A stretch of 32,000 bases of DNA from positions 780,001-812,000 of the forward strand of contig NC_008818.1 in assembly GCF_000015145.1 (NCBI RefSeq). Reading direction: 5' to 3'. The stretch comes from Hyperthermus butylicus DSM 5456 (GTDB lineage Archaea > Thermoproteota > Thermoprotei_A > Sulfolobales > Pyrodictiaceae). The position numbers and the translations under genes are program-made. A model generated the notes under the pieces. The model searched no databases, was not told the origin of the DNA, and was given only the letters and a program-made list of their open reading frames with translations. Positions 8,708 through 16,067 of this stretch are shown one piece after another (position 1 is the first letter of the stretch; the number at the start of each line of letters is the position of its first letter).

Positions 8708-9588
8708 GCTGGTTTGCCCCACGTTGATAGTGGGGTCTTGGAGGCTAGTCCTGTGAAGCCCGAGGAGCGGAGCGCCTCCAGGATGCGGCTCCACGCTGTA
8801 CTACTAGCTGTCACGACAACGCTTCCAACGCGTTCTATGCTCAGGAGGCTCACATCGCTACGCTCTACGATGACTTTTGCACCAGCCTCGGCAGCAAACC
8901 AGACAGCCGCTGCGACGTCGACTGTACGGAGGCGGCCCCGGACATCAACGAATAGTTCCGCCCTGCCCATGCCTGCCCATGCTATTTCCAGGCTGGCACT
9001 TCCCAGAGCCCTCACGCTCCGCTTATCACCAGTGAGCGCAAGGTAGCTGTGAACAGCGCGGGCCTGCTCTGGAGTTTCAACGTAGGCTAGTACGAGCCTA
9101 TCATTCTGTTGCAGCTTGACACGAGCACCGCCCTCAAACGCGCCGTGGCCCCGGGCGAAGCTGAGTATAGGCCATGGGAAAACCGGGGCGATAGCACCGG
9201 CGACGATGCTAGAGAGGCGAGCATCACCATTCTCTACCAAGGCTATAGCTATGCTTACAGCACTCCAAGGTATGAGGGAGGCATAATTCTTACTCCCATC
9301 CAGGGGATCCGCAACCACGAGGAGAGGATCGTTGCCGAGTTTAACGACACCACTCTCCTCGCCGACAAATATGCCGCGGAACCCCTCGGCATGGAGGAGT
9401 TCCACTATGTTCCTCTCGCTCTCAACGTCGATCCTCATGCCTTCATCCGAGTCGTGCTCATGCACTGTGACGACGTGGAGTACCTCCTCAATACCGAAGC
9501 GGTCACGTAGAAACGCCGCAGCTTCGCCAGCAACACGTACAGCTAGGCGGCGCAGGTCCTCGAGGCTCCGGCGCTCGGGAAGCTCCAC
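8704..9588 (-). CDS. suhB: inositol monophosphatase / fructose-1,6-bisphosphatase family protein
   Basis: 294 aa with a GTG start. It has FVGEESG, VADPLDGSKNY and VDVAAAVWFAAEAGAKV, the IMPase-family metal-binding motifs. Confidence 0.85.
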   Translation of the reverse strand: MELPERRSLEDLRRLAVRVAGEAAAFLRDRFGIEEVLHVVTVHEHDSDEGMRIDVESERNIVELLHAEGFRGIFVGEESGVVKLGNDPLLVVADPLDGSKNYASLIPWSAVSIAIALVENGDARLSSIVAGAIAPVFPWPILSFARGHGAFEGGARVKLQQNDRLVLAYVETPEQARAVHSYLALTGDKRSVRALGSASLEIAWAGMGRAELFVDVRGRLRTVDVAAAVWFAAEAGAKVIVERSDVSLLSIERVGSVVVTASSTAWSRILEALRSSGFTGLASKTPLSTWGKPA

Positions 9589-9679
9589 CCAGGCCTCCCA
9601 CCCGGCCAGCTGGGCTAACCCCCTTTATCCATATTCTCCACGGCGGAATAGAGTTTCTACAAGAACACACTATAGGTAA

Positions 9680-9702
9680 CACTGTATATCATCACTGTAT
9701 AC
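9680..9702. repeat. tandem direct repeat CACTGTATA x2 (14-nt periodicity)
   Basis: CACTGTATA occurs at 9680-9688 and 9694-9702. The sites are 92-114 nt upstream of the IMPase-thiL operon start on the minus strand. On that strand they read TATACAGTG, which is TATA-like. Confidence 0.6.
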
Positions 9703-9724
9703 TATTGGGCTCTGCAGTCCTAGC

Positions 9725-10678
9725 CTAGCTGCTAGCCACCCGGCCCTCAAGCTGGTAGTGCTGTATCCCCGTCTTACGCAGAGCAAGCCTATAGCTTGTA
9801 TCAAGGTCTTCTACGAGGAGCATTCCGGCCCAGTAGTCTAACACTCTGAGCCGGTGCCCTTGAAGCTCTCCGATATCATCCACTACACGGATCCTCGTTA
9901 TCCATTCGAGGCTACGGGGGAGCACTGTGTACGCATTGAAACTACCCTCTAGGCCAAGTGCTGAGAGGGACTGGGCTAGCCTAGCTGCTGCACGGTCGTA
10001 ACGGCCATTGAGTCTCTCGAGTAGCGCCACTGCCGCCGACAGTCTATGCCCAAGCCTTGCCGCCGCCCCCTCCGTCGCTAGGCGGTGCCTGCCAAGCCTC
10101 TTCTCGGCCTCACGGGCGTCGAGTAGTTCTGCTTCGTAGACCACTGCTGCAGCTACATGGGGCTGCTCTGCTATGCGCCAGAGGAGGCGCCAGGACTGGG
10201 TAAGCCCTACCTTGACGCGGGGGCCGCCGTAGTCTAGCACGTAGACCCGGAACATCTCGCCCCTCAACAACCTGGCAGCTGTAATGCAGGCTGAATCGAC
10301 GCCCTGCGCACACTGCTCATAGAGAGCTTGCCAGCTCTCACGGTGGAGGCTGCAGAAACCACTCCGCGTCACAGCTAGCCGCATACAGTACCTCTGCCGC
10401 AGCGGATCGCCACGAGGCCCATCATGGAACCTGCATAGCCGCCCGCCAACGGAGTCCACTTTGAGCAGGGGCTCCCAGACAACCTCCACATCCGGCGACT
10501 GTTGATACTGGACAAGGAGCCCCACACGCTTCACGCGGAGCACGTGAAGCTTAACAGAAGCCTCCAAGCCACCACTGCCAAAGAAGGCGTCGAGGCCTCC
10601 GCCACGGCTGCTCGCCGTGTACACACCCTCCTCTACATAGTCGAAGATTACCGCCCTAACCACGTACAAGCCGCCCAA
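9725..10678 (-). CDS. conserved hypothetical protein with CxxH...CxxH motif and a (Y)VxxxGxxVKVG(L/I)T core (DUF2797-like, uncertain)
   Basis: 317 aa with a TTG start. It has CRFH...YCMRLAVTRSGFCSLH...C...C, then FRVYVLDYGGPRVKVGLTQSWRLLWRIAEQ. The family name is from memory only. Confidence 0.7.
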   Translation of the reverse strand: MGGLYVVRAVIFDYVEEGVYTASSRGGGLDAFFGSGGLEASVKLHVLRVKRVGLLVQYQQSPDVEVVWEPLLKVDSVGGRLCRFHDGPRGDPLRQRYCMRLAVTRSGFCSLHRESWQALYEQCAQGVDSACITAARLLRGEMFRVYVLDYGGPRVKVGLTQSWRLLWRIAEQPHVAAAVVYEAELLDAREAEKRLGRHRLATEGAAARLGHRLSAAVALLERLNGRYDRAAARLAQSLSALGLEGSFNAYTVLPRSLEWITRIRVVDDIGELQGHRLRVLDYWAGMLLVEDLDTSYRLALRKTGIQHYQLEGRVASS

Positions 10679-10751
10679 GCCCCAGAACCATGCTCAGACA
10701 ATCTCATACTCATTAAGCCTAGAGGCTCGCCGCCTAGGATGGCATCCTTCC

Positions 10752-10792
10752 GGGGGCTTGCAGGGCTGGCTCAAGCCCCCCGGCTTAAAAAC
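10752..10792 (+). promoter_or_regulatory. cdvA promoter region: 9-bp GC-rich inverted repeat abutting a TATA-like box
   Basis: GGGGGCTTG (10752-10760) pairs with CAAGCCCCC (10772-10780) across an 11-nt spacer. CTTAAAAAC at 10784-10792 follows directly, 43-51 nt upstream of the cdvA ATG. Confidence 0.4.
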
Positions 10793-10834
10793 CCAACAAT
10801 AGGCTGTAAGGGAGGCTAATGGTGGCCTACCGGT

Positions 10835-11572
10835 ATGGCGCGTGCACCCCTAACCGTGGATGTTGTACAGCAGATGATAGGCGAAACGGTCTACGACCCC
10901 TACGGCCGCGTTATCGGTAAGCTTGTAAGCCTCGAGAGCGACATAGACGGTACGGTGCAGCAGATAGTTGTTGAGACAGAGAATAAAGACATAAAGTTCA
11001 TACCGTCAGAGGCTGTTGAGGTTAGCGAGGGCAGGATAATCGTCTGGCCAGAGTGGAAGGTTCTAGCCTACAAGGTCCTAGCCAGCTACCAGAGAGCACT
11101 CAAGAGGCTAAAGGGCCTCGAGGAGATGTATAGCCGCAACGAGATACCAGCCGCTGTCTACCAGGAGCTCCGCCGCAAGCTAAACCAAAGCCTAGCCAGG
11201 GTACGCGACGAAGCTAAGAAGCTAAAATCACTCATCAAGAGCCGGATAGACGAGATAGACGACAACAACTTGAAGCTCGACAGAGCAATAGCAAACCTCA
11301 AGGTATCCTACATGGCTGGCGAGATAAGCGAGAAAGCCTACAAGACCGCCATAGAGTATCTACGCAGCGCAAAAGACAGCAACACCAGGGAGCTAGAAGA
11401 CCTCAAGAAGACCGGCGCCAAGCTAGAATCACTAGAAACAGGTACGATCGAGATATCTAAAACTGCAAAGAAGAAGGAGTCGAAACCAGCTAGTAGAGAA
11501 GAAAAGCACGAAGCCAAGCCACCAGCTATAGAGGGTATACAACCAATACCCGTAAAGGTCATCGAAGGCTAG
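10835..11572 (+). CDS. cdvA: cell division protein CdvA (PRC-barrel + coiled coil + C-terminal ESCRT-III-binding tail)
   Basis: 245 aa. The N-terminal PRC-barrel-like segment is GETVYDPYGRVIGKLVSLESDIDGTVQQIVVE...IIVWPEW. A long heptad-rich region and a K/E-rich linker follow, then the terminal IQPIPVKVIEG. It lies upstream of ESCRT-III and Vps4 genes. Confidence 0.85.
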   Translation: MARAPLTVDVVQQMIGETVYDPYGRVIGKLVSLESDIDGTVQQIVVETENKDIKFIPSEAVEVSEGRIIVWPEWKVLAYKVLASYQRALKRLKGLEEMYSRNEIPAAVYQELRRKLNQSLARVRDEAKKLKSLIKSRIDEIDDNNLKLDRAIANLKVSYMAGEISEKAYKTAIEYLRSAKDSNTRELEDLKKTGAKLESLETGTIEISKTAKKKESKPASREEKHEAKPPAIEGIQPIPVKVIEG

Positions 11573-11609
11573 ATAGGCAGACACCCCCAGGTCTAGTCCA
11601 TCATCCACG

Positions 11610-11614
11610 TTTTT
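11610..11614 (+). terminator. oligo-T tract (T5) downstream of cdvA
   Basis: GTTTTTA lies 38 nt after the cdvA stop. Archaeal intrinsic terminators are oligo-T runs. Confidence 0.3.
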
Positions 11615-11637
11615 ACACTGTTCCCATCACCGCAATT

Positions 11638-11664
11638 CCCTCCTCCCCCTACCACCCCCGCCCC
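11638..11664 (-). other. G-quadruplex-type motif (four G3-5 runs) on the minus strand, C-rich on the plus strand
   Basis: The plus strand reads CCCtcctCCCCCtaccaCCCCCgCCCC. That is four C-runs of at least 3, with loops of 4, 5 and 1 nt, inside the cdvA-cdvB spacer. Confidence 0.5.
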
Positions 11665-11848
11665 TTCAAATCCACGTATCTTCGGTGGCCAGTCTAGCAG
11701 CTGCTGAGCCCCAGTATTTACAGTGGAGACGCTCCCGCCGCGGTACAGGGTATTTACCGGGTAATAGCGGGGGCGAGGGGCTAGCACTACGACCCATGCA
11801 TACATTCTTGCATCGGGAGACCACCACAAACCCGGTAGCAAGGGTGAT

Positions 11849-12715
11849 GTGAAAGTGTCTGCGATTATTTCACGCTTACTAGGCTTCCTCGGTGTTGGTG
11901 AGCACAAGCAGCCAAGCCTCAAGGAGAGGATAGACCATGCGATAGTAAAGCTTGAGCTGCTAGAGGACCGCGTAGCAGAGCTTCGCTACAGGTTTGAGAA
12001 GAGGAGCCGCGAACTCTTCGAGAAGGTTGTAGTACTGCTTAGGCGCGGGGAGAAGAGCCGCGCAGCAATCTACGCTGGCGAGGTTAGCCAGGTACGCAAC
12101 ATACTCAAAATGGTAGTCACAGTAGAAAACCTCATCATCATGACCAAGGAGAGGCTGAAGACTGTGAGAGACGTGAGAGAGCTAGGCCAGACCCTCATGG
12201 TGTTCGGTGCAGCACTGGAAGAGGTTAAGGACCAGATAACAAGCATCTACCCCAACCTCAACCTAGCATTTGAGGAGATAACCAGAACCGTTAAGAACAT
12301 GATAGTCGAGACAAGCATGGACATAGTGGGCGAGGTTGACCCGGCAATAATATCCCACGACGCGCTAAAGGTACTAGATGAAGCAATGAGGATGGCCGAG
12401 GAGAGGATAAAGAGCGAGTTCCCAGAGCCCCCCGTGGAGCCCATCATACACCTCGAGACGAGAAAGCAACCAAAGAAGACACCAGTGCCAGTAGCCGTGC
12501 CAGCAGCACCCAGCTCCACGAGATCTGTGATGCCACAAGTTGCTATAGCCAGGCGCGAGCAGCAAAATCTTGAGGAGCTAGTACTAAACTATATCAGAGA
12601 ACACAACGGCTACCTAGACCTCAAAGACTTTACAACACGCTACGGCGTAGCAAGGGATGAAGTGCTACGTGCACTATACAAGCTCGCAGAGAAAGGCCTC
12701 ATAAAACTCTCCTAA
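11849..12715 (+). CDS. cdvB: ESCRT-III (Snf7-family) cell division protein CdvB with C-terminal winged helix
   Basis: 288 aa with a GTG start. It has a helical-hairpin ESCRT-III core and a Pro-rich linker (FPEPPVEPI...TPVPVAVPAAP, a candidate MIM2). The C-terminus is wH-like: LEELVLNYIREHNGYLDLKDFTTRYGVARDEVLRALYKLAEKGLIKLS. Confidence 0.85.
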   Translation: MKVSAIISRLLGFLGVGEHKQPSLKERIDHAIVKLELLEDRVAELRYRFEKRSRELFEKVVVLLRRGEKSRAAIYAGEVSQVRNILKMVVTVENLIIMTKERLKTVRDVRELGQTLMVFGAALEEVKDQITSIYPNLNLAFEEITRTVKNMIVETSMDIVGEVDPAIISHDALKVLDEAMRMAEERIKSEFPEPPVEPIIHLETRKQPKKTPVPVAVPAAPSSTRSVMPQVAIARREQQNLEELVLNYIREHNGYLDLKDFTTRYGVARDEVLRALYKLAEKGLIKLS

Positions 12716-12740
12716 AACCCATAGGCTATCGGGGCTCATG

Positions 12741-13577
12741 CTAGAGTTTTTCAAGCTCCTCGAGTATATCCTCCGTGAGTCTCCACCCAAGTGCCCCAAG
12801 TATTTCTCTCAAATGATCCATATTCTCTGTCTTGGGTATAGCGATAACACGCGGCCTGGATATGAGGTAGTTTAACGCTATCTGGATAGCTGTTTTACCC
12901 AGCTTCCTGGACAGCTCCAGGAGTTTGGGATGTTTTGCTACAGCACCACGCTCAAGAGGTGTATATGCTTGTATGGTAACGCCATACTTGAGCGCTATAG
13001 GGAGAAGCTCTTCTTCAACATGCCTCTTGTGCAAGATGCTATAGTGAACTTGGTTTACAACTATTTCAGCTCTCGACGTTGCGTGGATGGCTTCTAGAAG
13101 TTCTTCCGGGCCGAAGTTGCTTACACCTATGTACCTTGCATACCTCCCATAGATTATGCGCTCAAACCTCCTAACCTGAACACTTATGGGTAATTGATAG
13201 TTTGGCCAATGTATAAGAAATAGATCAACCATACCAACACCTAGCCTTCTCACACTTGCCCTTGCAGCCTTCTCTATCTCCTCCTCGCTCACAAGCCTCT
13301 CTGGCAGCATCTTAGTAGTAATGAAGACCCGGTCACGACCGACACTACTAACTACGCGGCCTACAAGTTTCTCGGCAAATCCAGCCCCATACATCTCAGC
13401 TGTATCTATGAGGTTAACCTTGCCCGATTCTATAGCAGCTAGCATAACTTGGTAAGCAGCCTCGGGCCTGCGTATAGCCCACGTGCCAAGTCCTATAGCT
13501 GAAACCCTATCCTTGCCAATAAGCTTCCAGTCACTATTATCAATGGAGTAGCGTGGCAAGACAGAATCCAGCCCCAC
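12741..13577 (-). CDS. aldo/keto reductase
   Basis: 278 aa with a GTG start. It has GLGTWAI, DTAEMYG and IGVSNF, typical AKR motifs. G+C is visibly lower than in the flanking genes. Confidence 0.85.
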   Translation of the reverse strand: MGLDSVLPRYSIDNSDWKLIGKDRVSAIGLGTWAIRRPEAAYQVMLAAIESGKVNLIDTAEMYGAGFAEKLVGRVVSSVGRDRVFITTKMLPERLVSEEEIEKAARASVRRLGVGMVDLFLIHWPNYQLPISVQVRRFERIIYGRYARYIGVSNFGPEELLEAIHATSRAEIVVNQVHYSILHKRHVEEELLPIALKYGVTIQAYTPLERGAVAKHPKLLELSRKLGKTAIQIALNYLISRPRVIAIPKTENMDHLREILGALGWRLTEDILEELEKL

Positions 13578-13885
13578 ATACCAGCATTATGGCTCTTTTA
13601 CCCTTAATTTTTACGGAGCTTTTGGCTTGGATATTGCCATGCTGTATTCGGATCTGTTATTTCGATCCAATAGACTTTACGTCTACCGCTATGAAGCATA
13701 ATGTTAAATTTAGCTAAATCAATATCTTTACTTTAACACGCTATCCCCATTGGAAGATCAATAACTATTTTGCTGCTACCATCAAGGCGCTACCCTGCGC
13801 ATAACCAGCAATGAACCGTCTTGCATTGAGGAATTCCTGGGCTTGAGGTTTAAGGGGTTAGAGGCTGGTATCATGACTCCCCTGG

Positions 13886-13925
13886 CTTTTAACACCGGGC
13901 CATGCTATGGTTAAGACTACCATAG
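13886..13925 (+). promoter_or_regulatory. cdvC promoter: TATA-like CTTTTAACA plus 7-bp perfect palindrome over the expected start site
   Basis: CTTTTAACA lies at 13886-13894. CTATGGT (13905-13911) pairs with ACCATAG (13919-13925) across a 7-nt spacer. The palindrome ends 12 nt before the cdvC GTG at 13938. Confidence 0.4.
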
Positions 13926-13937
13926 TGGGGCTCATCG

Positions 13938-15050
13938 GTGTCCGCTGGACTCCATAGACTTGAAGCTATAGCTAGGAGCTATGCACTAGCTGCTGTTAAG
14001 GCTGACCGTGAGGGGAGGATACAAGAGGCCATAGCGAACTATAAGAAGGCAATAGAGGTACTAGCGAAGATAGTTAGTCTGTATCCTGACAATCCGCTGG
14101 CACATGTCTATCGTGGGATTATACAGCAGTACCAGAGGAGGGTTGAGCAGCTCGAAAAGCTTGGAGTGCCGGCTACTCCTGCTGAGGCAGAGCAGCTTGA
14201 GGATTGGATTGTCGCGGAGAAACCCAAGATTCGCTTCAGTGATATAGCTGACCTTGAGCATGCCAAGCAGGCAATCAGGGAGGCTATCATATATCCCGTT
14301 AGGAGACCAGAGCTGTTCCCGCTGGGCTGGCCGCGTGGCATACTCTTGTTTGGCCCGCCAGGCTGTGGTAAGACTATGCTCGCAGCTGCTGTCGCCAATG
14401 AAGTTGACGGCGTGTTCTTCAACGTCGACGCTGCTACCATTATGAGTAAGTGGCTTGGAGAGGCTGAGAAGAGGGTTAGGATGCTCTTCGAGAAGGCTAG
14501 GGAGGTTGCTAGGTCTGGCAGACCAGCAATAATCTTTATAGACGAAATCGACGCGCTACTCGGCGTCTATGAGAGCGAGGTTGGCGGCGAGGTTCGTGTT
14601 AGGAACCAGTTCCTCAAGGAGATGGATGGCCTCCAGGATAAGAGCAATAAGCTCCACGTATACGTTATAGGTGCTACGAATAAGCCATGGAAGCTCGACG
14701 AGCCCTTCATAAGGAGGTTCCAGAGGAGGATATACATACCGCCACCGGACAAGAAGGCGCGCCTAGAGATATTCAAGCTGTACACGCGCAATCTCAAACT
14801 TGCACCAGATGTCGACCTCGAGAAGCTTGCTGAGATGACCGAGGGCTATAGCGCGAGCGACATAAAGGATATCGTCATGGAGGCTCACCTCCGCACTATT
14901 AGGGAGCTGTTCGAGGAACGGGGTGGCGAGGGCGACCCGAGACCGATAACTATGGAGGACTTTATAGCAGCAATAAGGTCTAGGAGGCCGAGCATAACGC
15001 CAGAAATGATTAGGCGCTACGAGGAGTGGTATGAGAGGTTCAGGGGCTAG
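13938..15050 (+). CDS. cdvC: Vps4-like AAA+ ATPase CdvC (MIT domain + AAA)
   Basis: 370 aa with a GTG start. It has an N-terminal MIT-like three-helix region. Walker A GPPGCGKT is at nt 14352-14375. It also has the pore loop SKWLGEAE, Walker [11 protein letters not shown] and the arginine-finger region [12 protein letters not shown]. Confidence 0.92.
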   Translation: MSAGLHRLEAIARSYALAAVKADREGRIQEAIANYKKAIEVLAKIVSLYPDNPLAHVYRGIIQQYQRRVEQLEKLGVPATPAEAEQLEDWIVAEKPKIRFSDIADLEHAKQAIREAIIYPVRRPELFPLGWPRGILLFGPPGCGKTMLAAAVANEVDGVFFNVDAATIMSKWLGEAEKRVRMLFEKAREVARSGRPAIIFIDEIDALLGVYESEVGGEVRVRNQFLKEMDGLQDKSNKLHVYVIGATNKPWKLDEPFIRRFQRRIYIPPPDKKARLEIFKLYTRNLKLAPDVDLEKLAEMTEGYSASDIKDIVMEAHLRTIRELFEERGGEGDPRPITMEDFIAAIRSRRPSITPEMIRRYEEWYERFRG

Positions 15051-15059
15051 CGTGGAACC

Positions 15060-16067
15060 TTACCATATGACTATTTCGCGATATATTGAGCGGGGCCTCC
15101 TGGCCTCCTCCCTGCATAGCAGTATGCGGCTGTGCACTCTACCACAGTGGGGGCACCTAGCTCCGTCACCTCCTCCAGCTGGCTGGGCGTGTATCCTAAC
15201 ACCCCACGGCTTCCTCGACAATAGCGGTTTTCCACAGCTGCACAATGTGTCGGTGACTGTGTAGCTCTCATCCCGGTAGAGGTAGACAAAGCCAAGGCCC
15301 TTATTCCGGAGCTTTTCTACGATTGTGTACGCCCGGTCAGCTGCCTCCTCCGATAATGGTATGACGTGTATCGCTGCCTCTGTATACTTTGAGGCCAGGT
15401 CGCTCACGATTACTCCGGCCCGGCGACTGCCATCGTAGAGTACGTGTATCTCGACTATGCGGAATTGCTCGTAGACCCTTGGGAGAATAGAGGTTACATG
15501 GTCAGGCATTGGCGGCTTCTCCACCGCGAGGACGTACTCGAAGACTGCAACGCTGTAGCCGTTACTAGCCGCTTCCTCCAGCCGCCGCTCCGAGACAAGC
15601 CCCGTAGTCCTAAACGCATAGACCCTTGGCGCGTAGCCGCCAAGGATGCTCTTCAGCTTTGAGGGCAACTCTAGCACCCAGTCCTGGAGCAGCGGCTCGC
15701 CGCCATCAACCAGTAGTACGTGGGGCCTCGCGAGACGGAGTCTTGCAAGCTCGTTGTCTCCGAGTCTGCGCAGCACTAGTCCCTGGGGACTAGCGTACTG
15801 TGACCAGAAACAGACACCACAGCGCCACGGAGCGCCCGGCACCATGATTCTTGCTGTTAAGCCCCCGGGACATGTATGGTATAGTGGCACTTCTTCAACC
15901 GGTAGGAGAGACATGTAGACAGCATGCCAGGGATAGAGGTCGCCTTGCCTGGATGCATCCACCACGCCGCAGCTGCTCCCACCGCTGCACGATAGTGGAC
16001 AACGGTTACACGGCAAGGCCTCCGGCCGTCCCTCCCTACCTCCTGTAGAGCCACTCCCTGCTAGCAT
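15060..16067 (-). CDS. PflA / AmmeMemoRadiSam-type radical SAM homologue with a non-canonical cluster motif
   Basis: The ORF is open to 16133, with ATG at 16067 as the likely start. The N-terminus has CNRCPLSC...SSCGV, then VEEVPLYHTCPGG (family consensus from memory: DPIEKKPLxHFxPG). Where GCNxRCxxCQNW is expected it reads GAPWRCGVCFW, with an Ala codon at 15831-15833. It also has GGEPLL and a C-terminal CSCG...CPHCG ribbon. Confidence 0.7.
   Translation of the reverse strand: MLAGSGSTGGREGRPEALPCNRCPLSCSGGSSCGVVDASRQGDLYPWHAVYMSLLPVEEVPLYHTCPGGLTARIMVPGAPWRCGVCFWSQYASPQGLVLRRLGDNELARLRLARPHVLLVDGGEPLLQDWVLELPSKLKSILGGYAPRVYAFRTTGLVSERRLEEAASNGYSVAVFEYVLAVEKPPMPDHVTSILPRVYEQFRIVEIHVLYDGSRRAGVIVSDLASKYTEAAIHVIPLSEEAADRAYTIVEKLRNKGLGFVYLYRDESYTVTDTLCSCGKPLLSRKPWGVRIHAQPAGGGDGARCPHCGRVHSRILLCREEARRPRSIYREIVIW

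Noticed and set aside
8708-8794. N-terminal extension of thiL to ATG 8794
   Set aside because: The extension overlaps the IMPase gene by 91 nt and adds non-family sequence. TTG 8707 gives the canonical MKLSELGE N-terminus with a TTGA stop-start overlap.
10819-10920. Out-of-frame ATG at 10819 preceded by GGGAGG (a possible uORF or alternative cdvA start)
   Set aside because: This frame gives a 33-aa Arg/Cys-rich peptide with no motif. The PRC-barrel signature is unambiguously in the 10835 frame.
11665-11673. TTCAAATCC resembling a tRNA T-loop
   Set aside because: The flanking 5-mers (GCCCC and ACGTA) are not complementary, and no acceptor or anticodon arms can be drawn.
11593-11922. 109-aa minus-strand ORF in the cdvA-cdvB spacer
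   Set aside because: Its Gly/Pro/Trp-rich sequence merely translates the G-rich strand of the C-tract. It overlaps the cdvB start and has no motif. I treat the region as non-coding.
13600-13800. AT-rich spacer considered as a replication origin
   Set aside because: There is only one weak ORB-like element (TCCCCATTGGAAG, 13744-13756). There are no repeated or inverted ORB copies and no adjacent orc1/cdc6 gene. Divergent promoters plus insertion scar is a sufficient explanation.
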